Source: Octopus vulgaris (taxonomy: Eukaryota). Taken from it: a DNA stretch of 64,000 nt. The notes beneath the pieces are model-generated. The model was not told the origin of the DNA, did not search any database, and worked only from the letters and a program-made list of their open reading frames with translations. The DNA lies in NCBI GenBank assembly GCA_951406725.2, contig OX597814.1:67828001-67892000 (forward strand). The letters are read 5' to 3'. Made by a program: the position numbers and the translations under genes. Below are positions 40,928 to 54,665 of this stretch, piece after piece; position 1 is the stretch's first letter; every line of letters starts with the position of its first letter.

Positions 40928-41449
40928 TTTCAAAGAAAAAGGTAATGTAAAAGGAGAAGAAAGGGGACTCTCTACACCCCCTTTTTTTTTGACCAGGCTC
41001 CCGTTGGCTTTTGTAGGGTTTTTTCCACCAGGAACCTTTCGAGACGTCTCCCCCTTTTGGGAGTTTTTCATTGTTGAATTTTATAAGTTGTTATAAAGAT
41101 TTTTACTCGATGTTTTTAAAAAACGGCAAAACCCTTTGTAACCTTTCGTCCTGTCTTGTCCCTTTATGTAATCATGCGTGTCAGCCCTTGTGGCCAATAA
41201 AAAAGAATTGATTATTATTATTATTATTTCTTCCAACGCGGATGGACGTGTCTCCGGAAGCTCCGTGAGTTTTGTGCCAATTTCATTTGAAATTTGTTTG
41301 TGAGTTACAATATTTTTATATATTTGTGTGGCCAAGCCGACTAACTTTTTGCAGAGCTGGTTGGCTAGGCAAAATTTTACCCCATTGGGGGTAAAATTAC
41401 TGTTTATATTATTGACATTCACATTATTTTGCACACACACATTTCCAAA

Positions 41450-43318
41450 ATGGCGTTAAAAAGAGCTGCTGGCTCTTCCCTCCTTGCAACACCACCCCCT
41501 CCACAAGAAGAAAAAATTTCGTCAGCGGTTCCGAACCGCCCATTTCAAGCCGTAAAAGGCAAAGAAAACATTACAATGGAACGTGCTGAAAAGCAAAGCG
41601 TTCCAAATAAGAACAAAAAAGACGTCATTTTAGATTTCCCCCCTCTACCTTCAACTAATGTTATAGTACCGAAGGGGGAGGAAGGGAATGATATGAATAA
41701 GAGAGAAATAAACAAAGAAACAAAAATTGAAGAAAATTCCAAAGGTTTTGCTTCAGCTACGAAGCAAATTTCGGAAGAGATACAAGTTTCGATGGAGGAT
41801 ATTAAAATGGCAAAAGAATTGTTGAGAAAAGAGGGAAACAGTGTTTTCCTCAACACACCTCAACAACTCATACATGAGACCAACAAAAAAACAATTTTCT
41901 ATAAAGTTTTCGAAAAGAAAACTAAAAGACTGGTTAACGCCACACCCCAACAGTTAGAAATGGCTCTGAAGCCCATTTGGGGCCAAAAGAGCTATGTGAC
42001 AAGAGGGAAGCGATTTGGAACCGTGGAGGTTCGGTTCCCAACAGAGGAGCAAGCAAGGGCGCATGCCATTTCGCCCTTGCAAAATGAACATTTGTTCCTC
42101 GTTCCGATGTACCTCGGGCGTAAGGTCCAAAAAATAACAATAAATACAATACACCCCGAACTGAATATCTGATGGCTAGTGGCGGCTATCCTCTATGGCA
42201 TAGAGGACACTGCCACTATTCTAAATGTTCGGAGGGTAAGAGAAAAGAACTGGTCAGGTATGGGTATTGAACTGCTGGTACAGATCCAGCAGGAAAACAT
42301 CAATGCCATACCTGACTTTGTCATCTTACTAGATGGGACCAGGCTAAACGTTACTGTAGAGGGGCGAAAGCCAAAATGTTTCCTCTGCAGTAGCGAAAGC
42401 CACCTGAAGAGGGACTGCCCGATTCAAAAAAAGAGAATGGAGAAATACAGCAAGAGGCAGCAACAACAACAACAACAACAACAGAAACAACAGAAACAGC
42501 ACGAAACACCAAAGGCTGCCACACCACCAACACCATCACCAGCACCAAGACGAACAACACCACCTCCAACAACAACAACCACCAAACCAACACCAACAAC
42601 AGTACCTAGAAGGTCGACAGCAGCAAGAAGAGAAGGTGAGAGCTCACCAACGCGGGCACCATCAACAGCAACAGGAGCAGCGGCACCACCGATACCGGCG
42701 GAACCAACAACTTTTCGTCCTGCTGCTGAAGCAGACCCCTCATCTATTCCTTTGCCGGATGAAGAGTACTCGGATTGTGCGAGCTCTGATTCCAACAAAG
42801 GAGAATGGAGCACAGTGCCTCCAAAAAAGAAAAGGAGGAGAAAACAAAAAGACACACAGGGGGAGCACGAACAAATAGTGCTTCCCAACATCAACAACAG
42901 CAACAACAACAACACACACTCACAACAACAAACAACAACAACACTTTCGACACCACTACTGCCATTGCCACAGGCACAGGCACAAACCCACACAGACACA
43001 ATTACATCAATAAATACAAGAAACCAGGAACTGGTTGAGTATTTGAAAGAAAAAACAAGTACAAATATAACGGATTTCGTTATACCAACACAAAACACAC
43101 CACCAGCACACATTCTCACAATAAAAATAAACAAAACAACATACAACGAAATTAAACAAATATTCCCTAACGATGTGGGATCGTTAGGGAAAAGTTTCTC
43201 TAAGAAACTGTACAAAAATATTTTGGAAGCACCCGTGCAAAAGCACAAGGGAGCCACCCCACCACCAACAACAGTAGGTAGAGCCTTTTTCTTCTCCTTT
43301 TTTTCCCCCTACTTTTGA
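41450..43318 (+). pseudogene. ORF1 of copy 2, one in-frame TGA at 42170
   Basis: ORFs 41429-42172 and 42179-43318 share a frame; CFLCSSESHLKRDC. Confidence 0.88.
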
Positions 43319-43321
43319 AGC

Positions 43322-46300
43322 ATGGCAAATCTTAGAATCGGTTGCTTGAATGTGAGAGGCGTCGGGTCACCTTGGAAACAGGGTCACCTGTTAAACGACC
43401 TGAGGTTTCATGATGTGGATGTAGCAGCCATCAGTGAAACCAGGCTCTCCGACCCGCAAGAACTCGCAGCCCTTTTCGGCGGATACGAGATATTTCTATC
43501 TCCGTGTCGGCCGGGAGCGGGCGGTGGTGGTACTGCGGTGTTGTTTCGGAAGGGCCTGGACTTGAAAATAAGGACAGTCTTCTTGGATCCGGAAGGTAAG
43601 TTGGTGGTCCTCGACGTGGACGGTAGTGACGGCGGTGCTTTCAGACTGGTGGCTGCCTACGCTCCGACAGGAGCAGGGCAGTCGGATTATTTCAAACGTC
43701 TGGAAATTTTCCTGGGAACGTCACGCACTCTAGTACTAGTTGGGGATTGGAACGCTGTCTTAGACGAACGTTTCGATCGGGTGGGCAGGGGAGCGTCTGA
43801 AAGGAAAGGGGGAGGGTGCAAGAGCCTCGCCAACCTACTCGGCCGCTTTCAGCTGTCCGACAGGTTTCGACTAGACAACCCGAATGTGCCAATGTGGACT
43901 TGGACCAATCGCATCGGGTCGTCTAGATCGTACTTAGATAGAGTGTTTTGTAGGCCAGCGGATAAGGACAGCGTAGGGTGTCCACAATTCCACCTAGTCG
44001 AATATACGGACCACAAATTAGTGATCTGTACGGTCGACTTAGATAGGCTACATAGACAGGGACCCGGTTACTGGAAGCTGAACGCGTCGTTAACGACGTG
44101 CAAAGCTTACAGAGACCGGATTAGTTTACTAGTTAAGCGGGCGCTCACGGGGGCAATCATCAACAACAACTGGTGGTTTGCCCTCAAGAGAGCAATTAGA
44201 GTAGAGTCAATTAGGTATAGTAAGACTCTAGCTATTGAACGTAGGAAGAGAGAGCGGGATTTAGTTAAGAAACTAGACGAGGCTCTTGAGACTGGCATCG
44301 CGACCGACGTGTTGGCGGCAAGGTTGGCCCTCGACCAACACTTCGACGCCAAACACGTTGGATACTTTGTCAGAGCTAAGGCACGTTCGCTAAGCGGGGA
44401 GGGGACTAGAGCCGCTCGGTGGGCCCGCGTGGCGGAGGCGAAACGAGGCAACAAAGCAACCATTCGGTCTTTGGTGGACCAGAACGGGCGCGAGGTTACC
44501 AAACCGAAGCAGATGTGTACGGTGCTTCAGCGGCACTTTGCTCAACTGTTTGGGACGAACGATGGAACGGACAACGGTGCAGACTTCGGTGTGTACCTGG
44601 ACGGCCTACTGCAACTCTCGGACAGCGAGGCAGAGTGCTGCGAAGGACCGACATCTGCCTGGGAAGTGGGAGAAGCGATGAAGAGTTGCACGAGAGGTAG
44701 ATCACCGGGTTTGGATGGTCTGCCCTACGAGCTTTACTTTTCAATGCCAGACTTGTTTGCGGGCCTGTTGGCAAACGTCTACTGCAACTGGCAGCAAAAC
44801 GGGAGAATTCCTGCTTTTGTCTGTCGAGGGGTGGTGGCTTTGCTGAAGAAGGACCCAAACAAGGGGGACGTTATAGGGAATTTCCGGCCCATCACTCTGC
44901 TCAATGCAGAGTTGAAGATTTTGGCCAAGGTGCTAGCCAAGAGATTGGCGCTTGTCGTGGACAAGCTGGTCGGCGAGACGCAGACATGCGCCGTGCCGAC
45001 CAGGTCGATACACGACAACCTCCATCTCATGCGCTACATCATAGAGAGGGTGGGTAACGACGCTGGCGCGTGTGGGGCTTTGATCAACTTGGATCAGAGT
45101 AAAGCCTTCGATAGGGTCGACCATCGGTACCTGACAGCTGTCCTCAAGGCAGCCGGCTTCGGTCCATTTTCCGCGGGTGGATAGCTGCTTTATACAGCAA
45201 CATCTGCTCGGTGATACGGGTGAACGGTCACCTTTAGGAACCGTTCGGCATCTCACGTTCGGTCCGCCAAGGATGCCCTCTCTACTCCCTCTTGTACATT
45301 TTGACTCTCGAGCCTTTACTGCGCAAGTTGGAGGCTTTGAGGGGTATCCCGCGCGATCTAGGAGGCGGAAACAGCGTGTCTGCCTATGCCGACGACGTCA
45401 CCGTGGTGGTGTCGAGCCACAGGCACATTGGCCTGATTTGCGAGACACTAAACGAGTACGAAGCGGTGACAGGGGCAAAGATTAATGCGGAAAAGTCTGT
45501 GGGCTTGCAACTGGGCACCTGGAGAGGCAAGCCCATGCCGTCCAACAGCGTCGTAGGGCGCTGGACAGACGGACCCATTAAACTGCTCGGGGTCTGGTTC
45601 GGTCCGGACCTCCAGGTGAATAAGAAATGGGAAGAGGTGACGAGCAGGGTGGCACGTCTCACCCAGAAATGGGCCGAGAGGAAGCTGTCCCTGAAAGGTC
45701 GAGCGGAGGTGGCGAATGCGTACATCGCATCCGTCATCTATTACCGCTTGACCGTCGTCTCTTGTCCCGACCGCTGGTTGGCCAAGCTGGTACGTCTGCT
45801 CTTCGACTTTTTGTGGAAGGGTCAGGTGCCACTGGTCAGGCGATCCATCTGCTGTCAACGACCGCTGAACGGAGGCCTTGGAATGCCGTGGTTGCTGTTG
45901 CGCAGACATGCGCTCAGGCTGCGGCATCTCAAGCGCTTCCTAGACGGTGAACAGGTGTGGTCGTCTTTTGTCAGACGCGATTTTCCGCAGCTCGTCTCTT
46001 TGACGGAGCTGCAGACCTGGATCAAACGTAGACCGAGAAAGGGCGCTTGGCACCTCGAGTGCCGTCAAGCTCTCTCCGCACTCCGCCAGGCGGGCAATGC
46101 GATCGGTTACAGCTCCACTCTAGCGTTCTATAGAGGGTTAGTGGAGGAAAAATGCGACGACGTTCTCGGGGAAACTCTAGGCGTTGAAGATGACGAACTG
46201 AGCGGTCTGTTCGGAAGGACTTTTCGCCGGGGCCGATGTATAATTTCCAGAGGCCGCTCGCCTGGCAGTGCTACCGAGGGGCTCTGCCTGTTCGAGATAA

Positions 46301-46751
46301 ACTTTACCGGCACGGAATTGCCGTCAGCCGGGCCTGCCCGAGGTGTTGCCAGGACGACGAAACCGTTCTGCACGCACTCGTCCAGTGCCCGACTATTGCT
46401 GAAATATGGGTTTATGTCGAACAGCTACTGTCACGTGTAGGACGGATCCGACTATCAGCCGAATCCATAGTGAAGATTACCCCGCCGACCTCCTTTAACA
46501 AAGAGGGCGAGGCCGTTTTCTTGTGCCTAGTGGCTGTGGCGAAAGAAGTTCTGTGGTGCACTCGTTTGAAAGGGCTAAAGTCAGACACTTTCCTCTTTGG
46601 TCAAGGCCTCATCAACTTTTTCAAGTTTCACTTGAAAAGGAAGATGAGGTTAGAGAGGAAAGTGCTGTCCGATAGCAAGTTTTATGAAAGGTGGGTGAAT
46701 TGTGCGAGACTGGCCAGTATAAATGGACCAGTTCTCAGGTTTCGCCTGTGA
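43322..46751 (+). pseudogene. ORF2 of copy 2 (APE+RT), frameshifts near 45170 and 46225
   Basis: ORFs 43322-45184, 45292-46440 and 46236-46751 are near-identical to copy 1 ORF2. Confidence 0.92.
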
Positions 46752-47024
46752 TTTGAAAAAGGTAATGTAAAAGGAGAAAAAAGGGACTCTCTACACCCCT
46801 TTTTTGACCAGGCTCCCGTTGGCTTTTGTAGGGTTTTTTCCACCAGGAACCTTTCGAAACGTCTCCCCCTTTTAGGAGTTTTTCATTGTTTTATAATTAT
46901 TGTTATACAGTTTTTTTACTCGATGTTTTTCAAAAACGGACAAAACCCTTTGTAACCTTTCGTCCTGTCTTGTCCCTTCATGTTTCAAATCATGCGTGTT
47001 AGCCCTTGTGGCCAATAAAAAAGA

Positions 47025-47094
<70 letters not shown>

Positions 47095-47096
<2 letters not shown>

Positions 47097-47308
47097 GGTG
47101 GCGAGCTGGCAGATTCGTTAGCACTCCTGGCAAAATGCTTAGCGGCATTTCGTCTGCCGCTACGTTCTGAATTCGAATTCTGCCGAGATCGACTTTGCCT
47201 TTTGTCCTTTCGGGGTCGATAAATTAAGTACCAGTTGGTGCACTGGGGTCGATGTAATCGACAAGCGCTCCCCCCCAATAATCTCACTCCTTGTGCCTGA
47301 AGTAGAAA
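47095..47308 (+). mobile_element. tRNA-derived SINE (aaggcgg-headed family)
   Basis: Follows (TTA)n directly; ends ccttgtgcctgaagtagaa then (TTG/TTA)n. Confidence 0.88.
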
Positions 47309-47319
47309 TTGTTGTTATT

Positions 47320-47352
<33 letters not shown>

Positions 47353-47574
47353 ATTATTATTAGAGTCTTATAGCAAAAACTTTCGTGCCAAAACACTTGC
47401 CAAACAAGTTTGGTAAGTACTGTGTGATGAAACTGTAATGTTTGTAATAATCTCAGCAAATAAAGGCATTATCGAAATTATGCTTTGCTTATTGATTTTA
47501 TCTTCCGTTCGTCAATGAAACATACCCCTCCTCACATTTATGCGTGCATAAGTGTGTTTTTGTGTGTTTGTGTG

Positions 47575-47725
47575 TGTATGTATGTATGTATGTATGTATG
47601 TATGTATGTATGTATGTATGTATGTATGTATGTATGCATGCATGTATGTATGTATGTATGTATGTATGTATGTATGTATGTATGTATGTATGTATGTATG
47701 TATGTGTGTGTGTGTGTATGTATGT
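47575..47725. repeat. (TATG)n microsatellite
   Basis: Direct reading. Confidence 0.97.
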
Positions 47726-48719
47726 ACTTGTCTTTGTGTTTATGTTTATATGTACAAGGTATTCAGCAGTTTACGCCAAGGAACGTTATAATGATTGTTT
47801 AGTTTTCATCTAGACTGCTTCCGTCGACACCAGTCGTTGCGTTTTAGAGAATAAAACTAACAGAAAGAAGAAAGTAACCATTTTGATCCAACTAAACTTA
47901 TAAATACGCAGACGCTTTCGTTATCGGATTAGAATTATCTCTTTGCTTTCATTCCTCTTGTTGATCTGTATGTGACCCTCACACACAAAACATCCTTTTC
48001 AAGATAGTAGTCATTCAACCTCATCGATATTTCTTTTAAATACTTATCATTTATGTTGTTTTCAGAACTTTTTCCTGTTTGCCATGTGTTTGGGATAACA
48101 CTGCCTACTTCACCACCTTCCGAGAAAATGGCTGTCATGACAGCTAGCACTTTTCCTGCATATCAAGTTGAATATCGATAACGTGTCAGAACAGCAGTGT
48201 CTCTTCATATCAAATACAACAGCTCACAAAAAGATTCATCGAAGAATAGCTAGCCTGGTATTACCAGAACCTCATATTGAAGACATTTTAATTGATATTC
48301 AGTTTGCATTTGTTCTAGCTTCAAACATTTCAAACATCTATTTCACTCTGGCATCGTTAGACATTTCATTGTTTTACTGTTAATTTAATTTGTTCCATCT
48401 TATAAGTTTTGCGGCGCTCAAAGATGTCCCCACTTTTATAAATTTTTAATATGTTAAGCGGTGTACAAGCTTATCGGCGACTTTATACACACTCATACGC
48501 ATTTTAAGATATAGCATCTTCTTAACATTATTTAAAATATTATCTACTGAAGTCTGTTGAGACGCGTAAGACTAACTTAATGAAGTTTCTCTTCTATTCA
48601 GATACAATTATTGGCATGAATTGTATTATATTTCAACTTTGCTTATGTTTTAGAGTTAATATTTGCGCATTTTAATAGAGTTAATATTTTTGCATAAAAG
48701 TTTTGCATATTTCACAGTC

Positions 48720-49148
48720 GTAGGCGTAGTTGTGTGGTAAGAAGTTTGCTTCCTGACCACATGGTTTCATGTTCAGTTCCACTGCGTGGCACCTTGGGCA
48801 AGTATCTTCTACTATGGTCTCGAGCCGGCCAAAGCCTTGTGAGTGGATTTGGTAGACAGAAACTGGAAAAAAGCTTGTTATATATATCTTTGTGTGTATG
48901 TGTGTGTAATATGTATATATAGATATATGTATATGTGTGTGTGTATTTTTTGTCCCCCACCACCATTTGACAACCGGTGCTGGCGTGTTTACGTCCCCGT
49001 AATTTAGCGGTTCGGCCTAAGAGAGAATTAAAATAAGTACTAAGCTTTAAAATAATAAGTCCTGAGGTCGACTTGTTCAGCTAAAACTCTTCAAGACGAT
49101 GCCCCAGTATGGCCGCAGTCGAATGACTGAAACAAGCAAAAGATAAAC
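48720..49148 (+). mobile_element. tRNA-derived CORE-like SINE with internal (TA)/(TG) repeats
   Basis: tgtgtggtaag..gttcagttccactgcgtggcaccttgggcaagt; homologues at 56413, 63410 and an inverted fragment at about 54677. Confidence 0.8.
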
Positions 49149-49869
49149 GATATCTACAATGGTACCAATAGTACTTCACTAAGCAGACTTCCTTTATTGT
49201 CCGTCATTATTACTTGGTAACTATTAAAAATTCTAAACAGACACATACACACATATTTGCATATATGTGTATGTATGCACCTAAGTGTTTATGTATGTGT
49301 GTATGTGTGTGTGAGAGTATTCTTATATGTTGAAGATTAAGTTGACTCAGACTTCAGGTTTTATATAACGGCTTTTTTTAACCGTTAAAGGAAACTTTGC
49401 CTATTCGAGGTTTTATATAAAGTGGAAAGTTTCGCCAGAAAAAAATCTGATGTGCAGAACGATTTGTTCAGGGTTCCAATGAAAACAGTTTTTATTTTGT
49501 TTACTAAAAAAAAAAAACGTTTGAAGATTTGTAAAGAGTTTAAATGAATGCAGATTAAAAAGATTTGTCAGTAGAAGGGTTAATTGAAAAGAAGCTAAGG
49601 ACTGTAGCGAGTGAAACACAAAAAAGGTGTAAAATTTTACTGGATACATGGTCAGAATAGAAAATAATAGCAGAGCAAGTTCAGGGTAAATGGATTGGCT
49701 TCTTCAATGTTTTTATTTAAAAAAAATATAGCCTTTATTAGAAGTTTAAATGAAGAAAAATATTTAACTTCTTTAAATATGTGTGTGCTTGTGTTGTGTG
49801 TGTGGATGCCAAGTTTCTCGTATAGTTGAGTCTTTAGAAGTAAAAAAAAAACTGCCGTAAGAATATACA

Positions 49870-50870
49870 TATATATACCGGAGTAAGCATATTAATATGA
49901 AACAAGGTGGAAAAAAAGAGCACTCAAATACCAGAGGTAGAATAATATGCTTTATTTAAAAGCAGCAGAAATATAACAAAAGCTGTTACTCAGAGTTTCA
50001 CGTTCCTGTTCGTCAGACAGGTTTTGTTAAAATAGAACAGAACGATATAATCAAAACTAGTTAAAGAATTTGTTTCATTGGTCCTTTCAATTAACGGTCT
50101 TAAGTATGCAATGAAAAAAATAAATGAATTCAATATAAATTCATCCTATTATAAAATCGAAGAAAACCTTAAATCAAAGAGTGGATTCAAAATACATATT
50201 GTTAATAATTATATGCGAAATATAATTCAAAATTTTCACGCTGCATTACATAAATATTTGACAACAGTATATACACATACTAGACCATCTATAATATACA
50301 TATATACATCAAAATACACAGATGCATGCACATAGTTACATACATATACAGGCATATATATGTAAGATATAAATATACGCATAAATACATATATATACAT
50401 GTAGATATATGCACGCAACCATGCCGACATACGAAAATCTCTTGGTGTATACATAGAGGAGTTAGTTACATCAGACAAGATACATGGGAAGTATATCTAA
50501 AACGTAGGGAGGGGGAAAGAATAAGGAAAAGAAGGATCGTAAACGTAACAGATAGCGAAAGAAAGAGGTAAGTAAGGGGGGAGAAGAGTAGCGTATTGTT
50601 TAAGGACGCTATCAAAGTAACGAATAGGAAGAGAAAGGATACTTCGCGTAAGGAAAGAAAAAAGAAAGAAAGAAAGATTCCTGACGGAATATGCGAAACA
50701 AACGTACACAAAATAAAATTTCATATGTATGTATATACAAAAGCGTATATAAAAACATATCTAAATCCTGACGTATATATACAAACAACTTTTTAAAAAA
50801 ATTGTTCGGATAAAAGACATGCAAAATAGAACACCCTATATCGAATTATCTATAAATATAACGATTAAAT
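49870..50870 (-). mobile_element. Penelope 3'/pseudo-LTR remnant (same family as 1114-2135)
   Basis: Shared blocks ctttatttaaa(a)gcagcagaa, hammerhead and aacacccta..tctataaat. Confidence 0.7.
49983..50020 (-). ncRNA. Minimal type I hammerhead ribozyme (CUGACGA core)
   Basis: Minus strand ctgt-CTGACGA-ac-aggaac-gt-GAAAC-tc-t-ga-GTA-acag. Confidence 0.78.
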
Positions 50871-50899
50871 GGGTTTGTAAAAAAAATTTAATCAATATA

Positions 50900-52966
50900 T
50901 GGGCAGGATTAGGTCAACTGTTCGACGTGTAATTGCCCGACGGACAAATGACCGTTGGGCAACTGCTCGGCGGACAACTGCCCGACGGACAGCTGCTTGA
51001 TAGATAACTGCCCAATAGATATCTGCCCGACAGATACTTTCACTTTATGTCATTCATTTCACTTTATCATTTGGGCGAATCTTCCTGTACTCAAAAATTG
51101 TATTTTTCTTCAGTTTGCTGAAGTAAAGGACTACTAGATGGCAAAAGGCCAAGCAACTCTGTTAGCAGTGAAGCTCGTGAAACTTTTTCATCTTAATTTG
51201 CATACAATTGTTAGTAACCATGCATTTCATTAAAACTCAACGTGGAGGTTTGAAGCTCTGCTATAATGGTTACGTCTACGTTAAGAACAAGGACTTGTCA
51301 TCAGGAAATATGTTCTACGTGAACGTCACCGACATGACAACTGCAAGGTCAATATTATAATGTGTGGAGAAGAAATAATTAGCCAGACACACGTGCACAC
51401 TCACACTGCAGATATTCTTCGTCAAGATCTCCTATCTGTACCCGAGGAACTGGAGAAAGCTATTGTAATAGCTTTCTCCAGCAAACTTTACAACAAATTA
51501 TAACACAAACTTTACAGAATGTTTCGAAAAAAGTTTCTACTCAGCTACCGGCCATGAGCACTATTAGGTGTTCAATCAGAAGATATAAACAAGTTATATA
51601 TGCTCCACATTCCATACCGAGAAAATTGCACGGCATGATCATTCCAGGTGAATACAAAAAATATGCAATGAGGAACATTTCTTACTTTACGATAGTGAAT
51701 CCAGTGAGAACCGTGTACTTTTGTTTTCTACTGAGAAAAATATGCGACTCTTGAAATTTTCAAGTGATTGATTTTGCGATGGTACATTCAAAGTAGTGCC
51801 AGAACCGTTTTACCATCTCTGCTCTATTCACTGTTTAATCTCTAATACAACGATTCCTTGGGTCTTTACATTATTGCCAAATAAACGTCAAACCACCCAC
51901 GAAGAACTTTTCAGCCAACTTTAGGCTATAAAATCCAGGATCAATCCAGCTAGTAGTCTGATCGATTATGAACAAGCTGCCAAGAATGCAATTGCCGAAA
52001 TTTTTCCAAATGCAATTATCAAAAGGTGTTTTTTCACCTCTCTCAAACAGTTTATCAGAAGGTACAATCAGAGGAATTGCAATCGAGACATCAGAGCGAT
52101 GCTGATCTTGCTCTAAGCATTCACATGATACCAGCTTTGGCTTTTGTTCCAGCAGACAATGTTGAAACAACATTTGAGCAATTACAAGAAAATTTGTGTC
52201 ATGAAGCAGATCCAATCATTGATTACTTTGAAGATGCTTGTATCGGTAGAATACGACGGCATAACAGACTTTCTTATTTGTATGTGGAACATGTATGACC
52301 GCGTATGGGATGGCATAACCATTTACAGGCGAATATAACGCCAAGTCATCCAAATAGCTGGCATTTTCTTCAGTTATTGAAGACGGAACACGCACTTAAC
52401 GACACGGTCATCAACCAAATGCTAACAGGACATCAGTTTTCACTCCAAAAGAAAAAAATATCAAGATTTAAGGAAAAGAATTTCATATATTGTGGAGGAT
52501 TATGAAAATCGAGAAGTGATTGGATTTTTTGAGAGGTATAGCTTTTAGTTATAGTTTTTTTTTTTACTATTTTCCAAATTACATTATTGTTCGTGATACT
52601 GATAAATTATCTGTAAATAATATTGCTTTTATAAAATTTAATGTCTTTTTTTTTTTTGTTAAAATTTTACCTCTGCTTCCACAAATAAAACATAAATTCT
52701 ATTTTTCGTACTTTTATTTTACCTTTGAAAGAAATAATTTTTTTAATGTTACTCTATGACAACTAAAAGGGTTTAATATAATTTTAGTTTAGTTAATTTT
52801 AGTATTTTTATTTTTTAGTTTCAATTTACTTTAAAATTAACGGGCAGTTGTATTTGTCGGGCATTTGTCCATCTAGCAGTTGACTGTTGAGCAATTGCCG
52901 TCGGGCACTTGGCTGTCGGGCACTTGTCCGTCGGTCTTCTGTCAGTCGGGCACTTGTCTGGATACC
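50900..52966 (+). mobile_element. Mutator-like (MULE/FLYWCH, Phantom-type) DNA transposon, degenerate
   Basis: Terminal arrays of about 15-bp ggacaactgcccgac repeats in inverted orientation; CDGTFKVVPEPFY at about 51775; FFHLSQ..MIPALAFVP (52026-52298); GWHN..HPNSW (52305-52505). Confidence 0.82.
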
Positions 52967-52987
52967 ATTTATATATATATATATACA

Positions 52988-54665
52988 CGTGCGCGGACGA
53001 TTGCCACTGAGAAAATTTCCACAGGGATTATTGCCACTCGGAACATTGACCATGTGAGAGAATTACCACTGGGAAAATTTCCCATATGTGAACATTGTCA
53101 CTGGGAACATTACTCAGATGTGAGCATGGAATAAACATTTATTATATGTAGATCCCTACATCATATGTGCGTATATACGCAAAAATACACCCAACAACCC
53201 AGCCAATAGCAATTTACTAGTAAACTTAAGCTATGACATGCTTGCTAATTCGAAATAGTTTTGTTTTGCTTTAAAACTGTTCAAGTTAAGATCCATAATG
53301 GCACATGGGATAAAAAGTGAACGTGGAAGTGATATGCTTGTTGTTGAATTGCAATACATGTATCATGGCAAAAATATGAGCGGCACAATTATTTACTGGG
53401 AATGTTCTCAAAGAAAGCAAAAGAAATGCAAAGCAAGATTACACACGAAGGCATTAATAGAGAAAATTGAAATTTTAAAGTTTGTTAATGATTATTGTTA
53501 CTCTGCGACTAAGGATGATGTTGGTTATAAACAACAATACCAGACCGATAATGCATTCTCTCGAAGTAATTTTCCGCACTTGCGTTGTGCTAGCCGAATA
53601 TGTTATTGAAGTTTTTGAAGAGCTATCAGAGGATGAAGGTATATCATCGGAATTTATCCTTTACTTCGAAATGACTTACATAAGGATATTAAGAGGAAGA
53701 AGAAACAACCGATGCTGAGATCAACCTATGTTCTCACTTGTTCTTTGGAATGTTTACAATCGAACTGAACTAGCTTCACCTCGTCCAAATAACAGTGTTG
53801 AAGCATTTCAGAATGTGTTAAATAAATCTGTGAGTAATTCCCACCCTAACCTTTGGAAACTAATCCTAGCATTGAAACAGGAGGAAAACTTGGCTAAAAC
53901 TAAGCGTGTTCAATTTAAACGAGGAGACCCTTACCCGAAAAATAAAAAAAATATAACGACGTTAATATACGAATGAAGCGTAATGTTGGCATTTATGGGA
54001 ACACCAATCATAAATTTTTGTATTTTAAGTCTATCGCATATAATATGCACATATTATAATTAAACATTTAAATATCTACTGCTTTTTAAATAATCATTAA
54101 TTGTATTTGTAATGAAAAAAATTCTAAATAATTTTAAATAATGCTTTACTTGCCTTTTTAAATAAGTTAAATTTTCCAAAACACTTCTCAAATTCAGTTT
54201 CAGTCATAAGATTATAAGGTGTTTTGAAAAGAAAACCTGGAACTTATATTTAAATTTTAAAACCATGTCGATGAATACCATATAATGTGTACACTGTTCT
54301 TTTGTATAAAATAGTTTGGAATTATTTTACTTTCACACCCTTCTAAAGTTCTAAATAGAATAAATGTTTATTGTATGTATTTTAGTGTTATGAACGAATC
54401 CAACCTTCAAACCCCTCACAAATATACTATACATATAATAAAATTTAATAAAATTTATAATTGTAGTCGAGTGTGAAAGTAAAATTTTACTGAATATTTC
54501 CCAGTGGCAATGCTCCCATCTGGGCAGTGTTCTCAGTGAGAATATTCACACATGGGCAATGTTCCGAGTGGCAGTGTTCCCAGTGGCAATTCTCCTATAT
54601 GGGCTAATGTTTCGAGCGGCAATTATCCCAGTGGAAATTTTTCCAATGAAAATTATCTTAGAGCC
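52988..54665 (+). mobile_element. Second MULE/FLYWCH element, internally deleted
   Basis: Inverted terminal arrays of attgccactgggaa-type repeats; FLYWCH-like IYWECSQRKQKKCKARLHT; LWNVYNRT..PRPNNSVEAF..HPNLWKLI. Confidence 0.82.

Larger units (their letters stand above)
41228..47025 (+). mobile_element. Tx1-like non-LTR retrotransposon, copy 2, apparently full length (about 5.8 kb)
   Basis: 5' UTR gcggatggacgtg..gctcc, aaaATGGCG start at 41450, two ORFs, AATAAA, (TTA)n on both sides. Confidence 0.95.

Noticed and set aside
52998-53125. Short spaced repeats resembling a CRISPR array
   Set aside because: These are tandem roughly 15-bp units without unique spacers, mirrored at the other end of a MULE element in eukaryotic DNA
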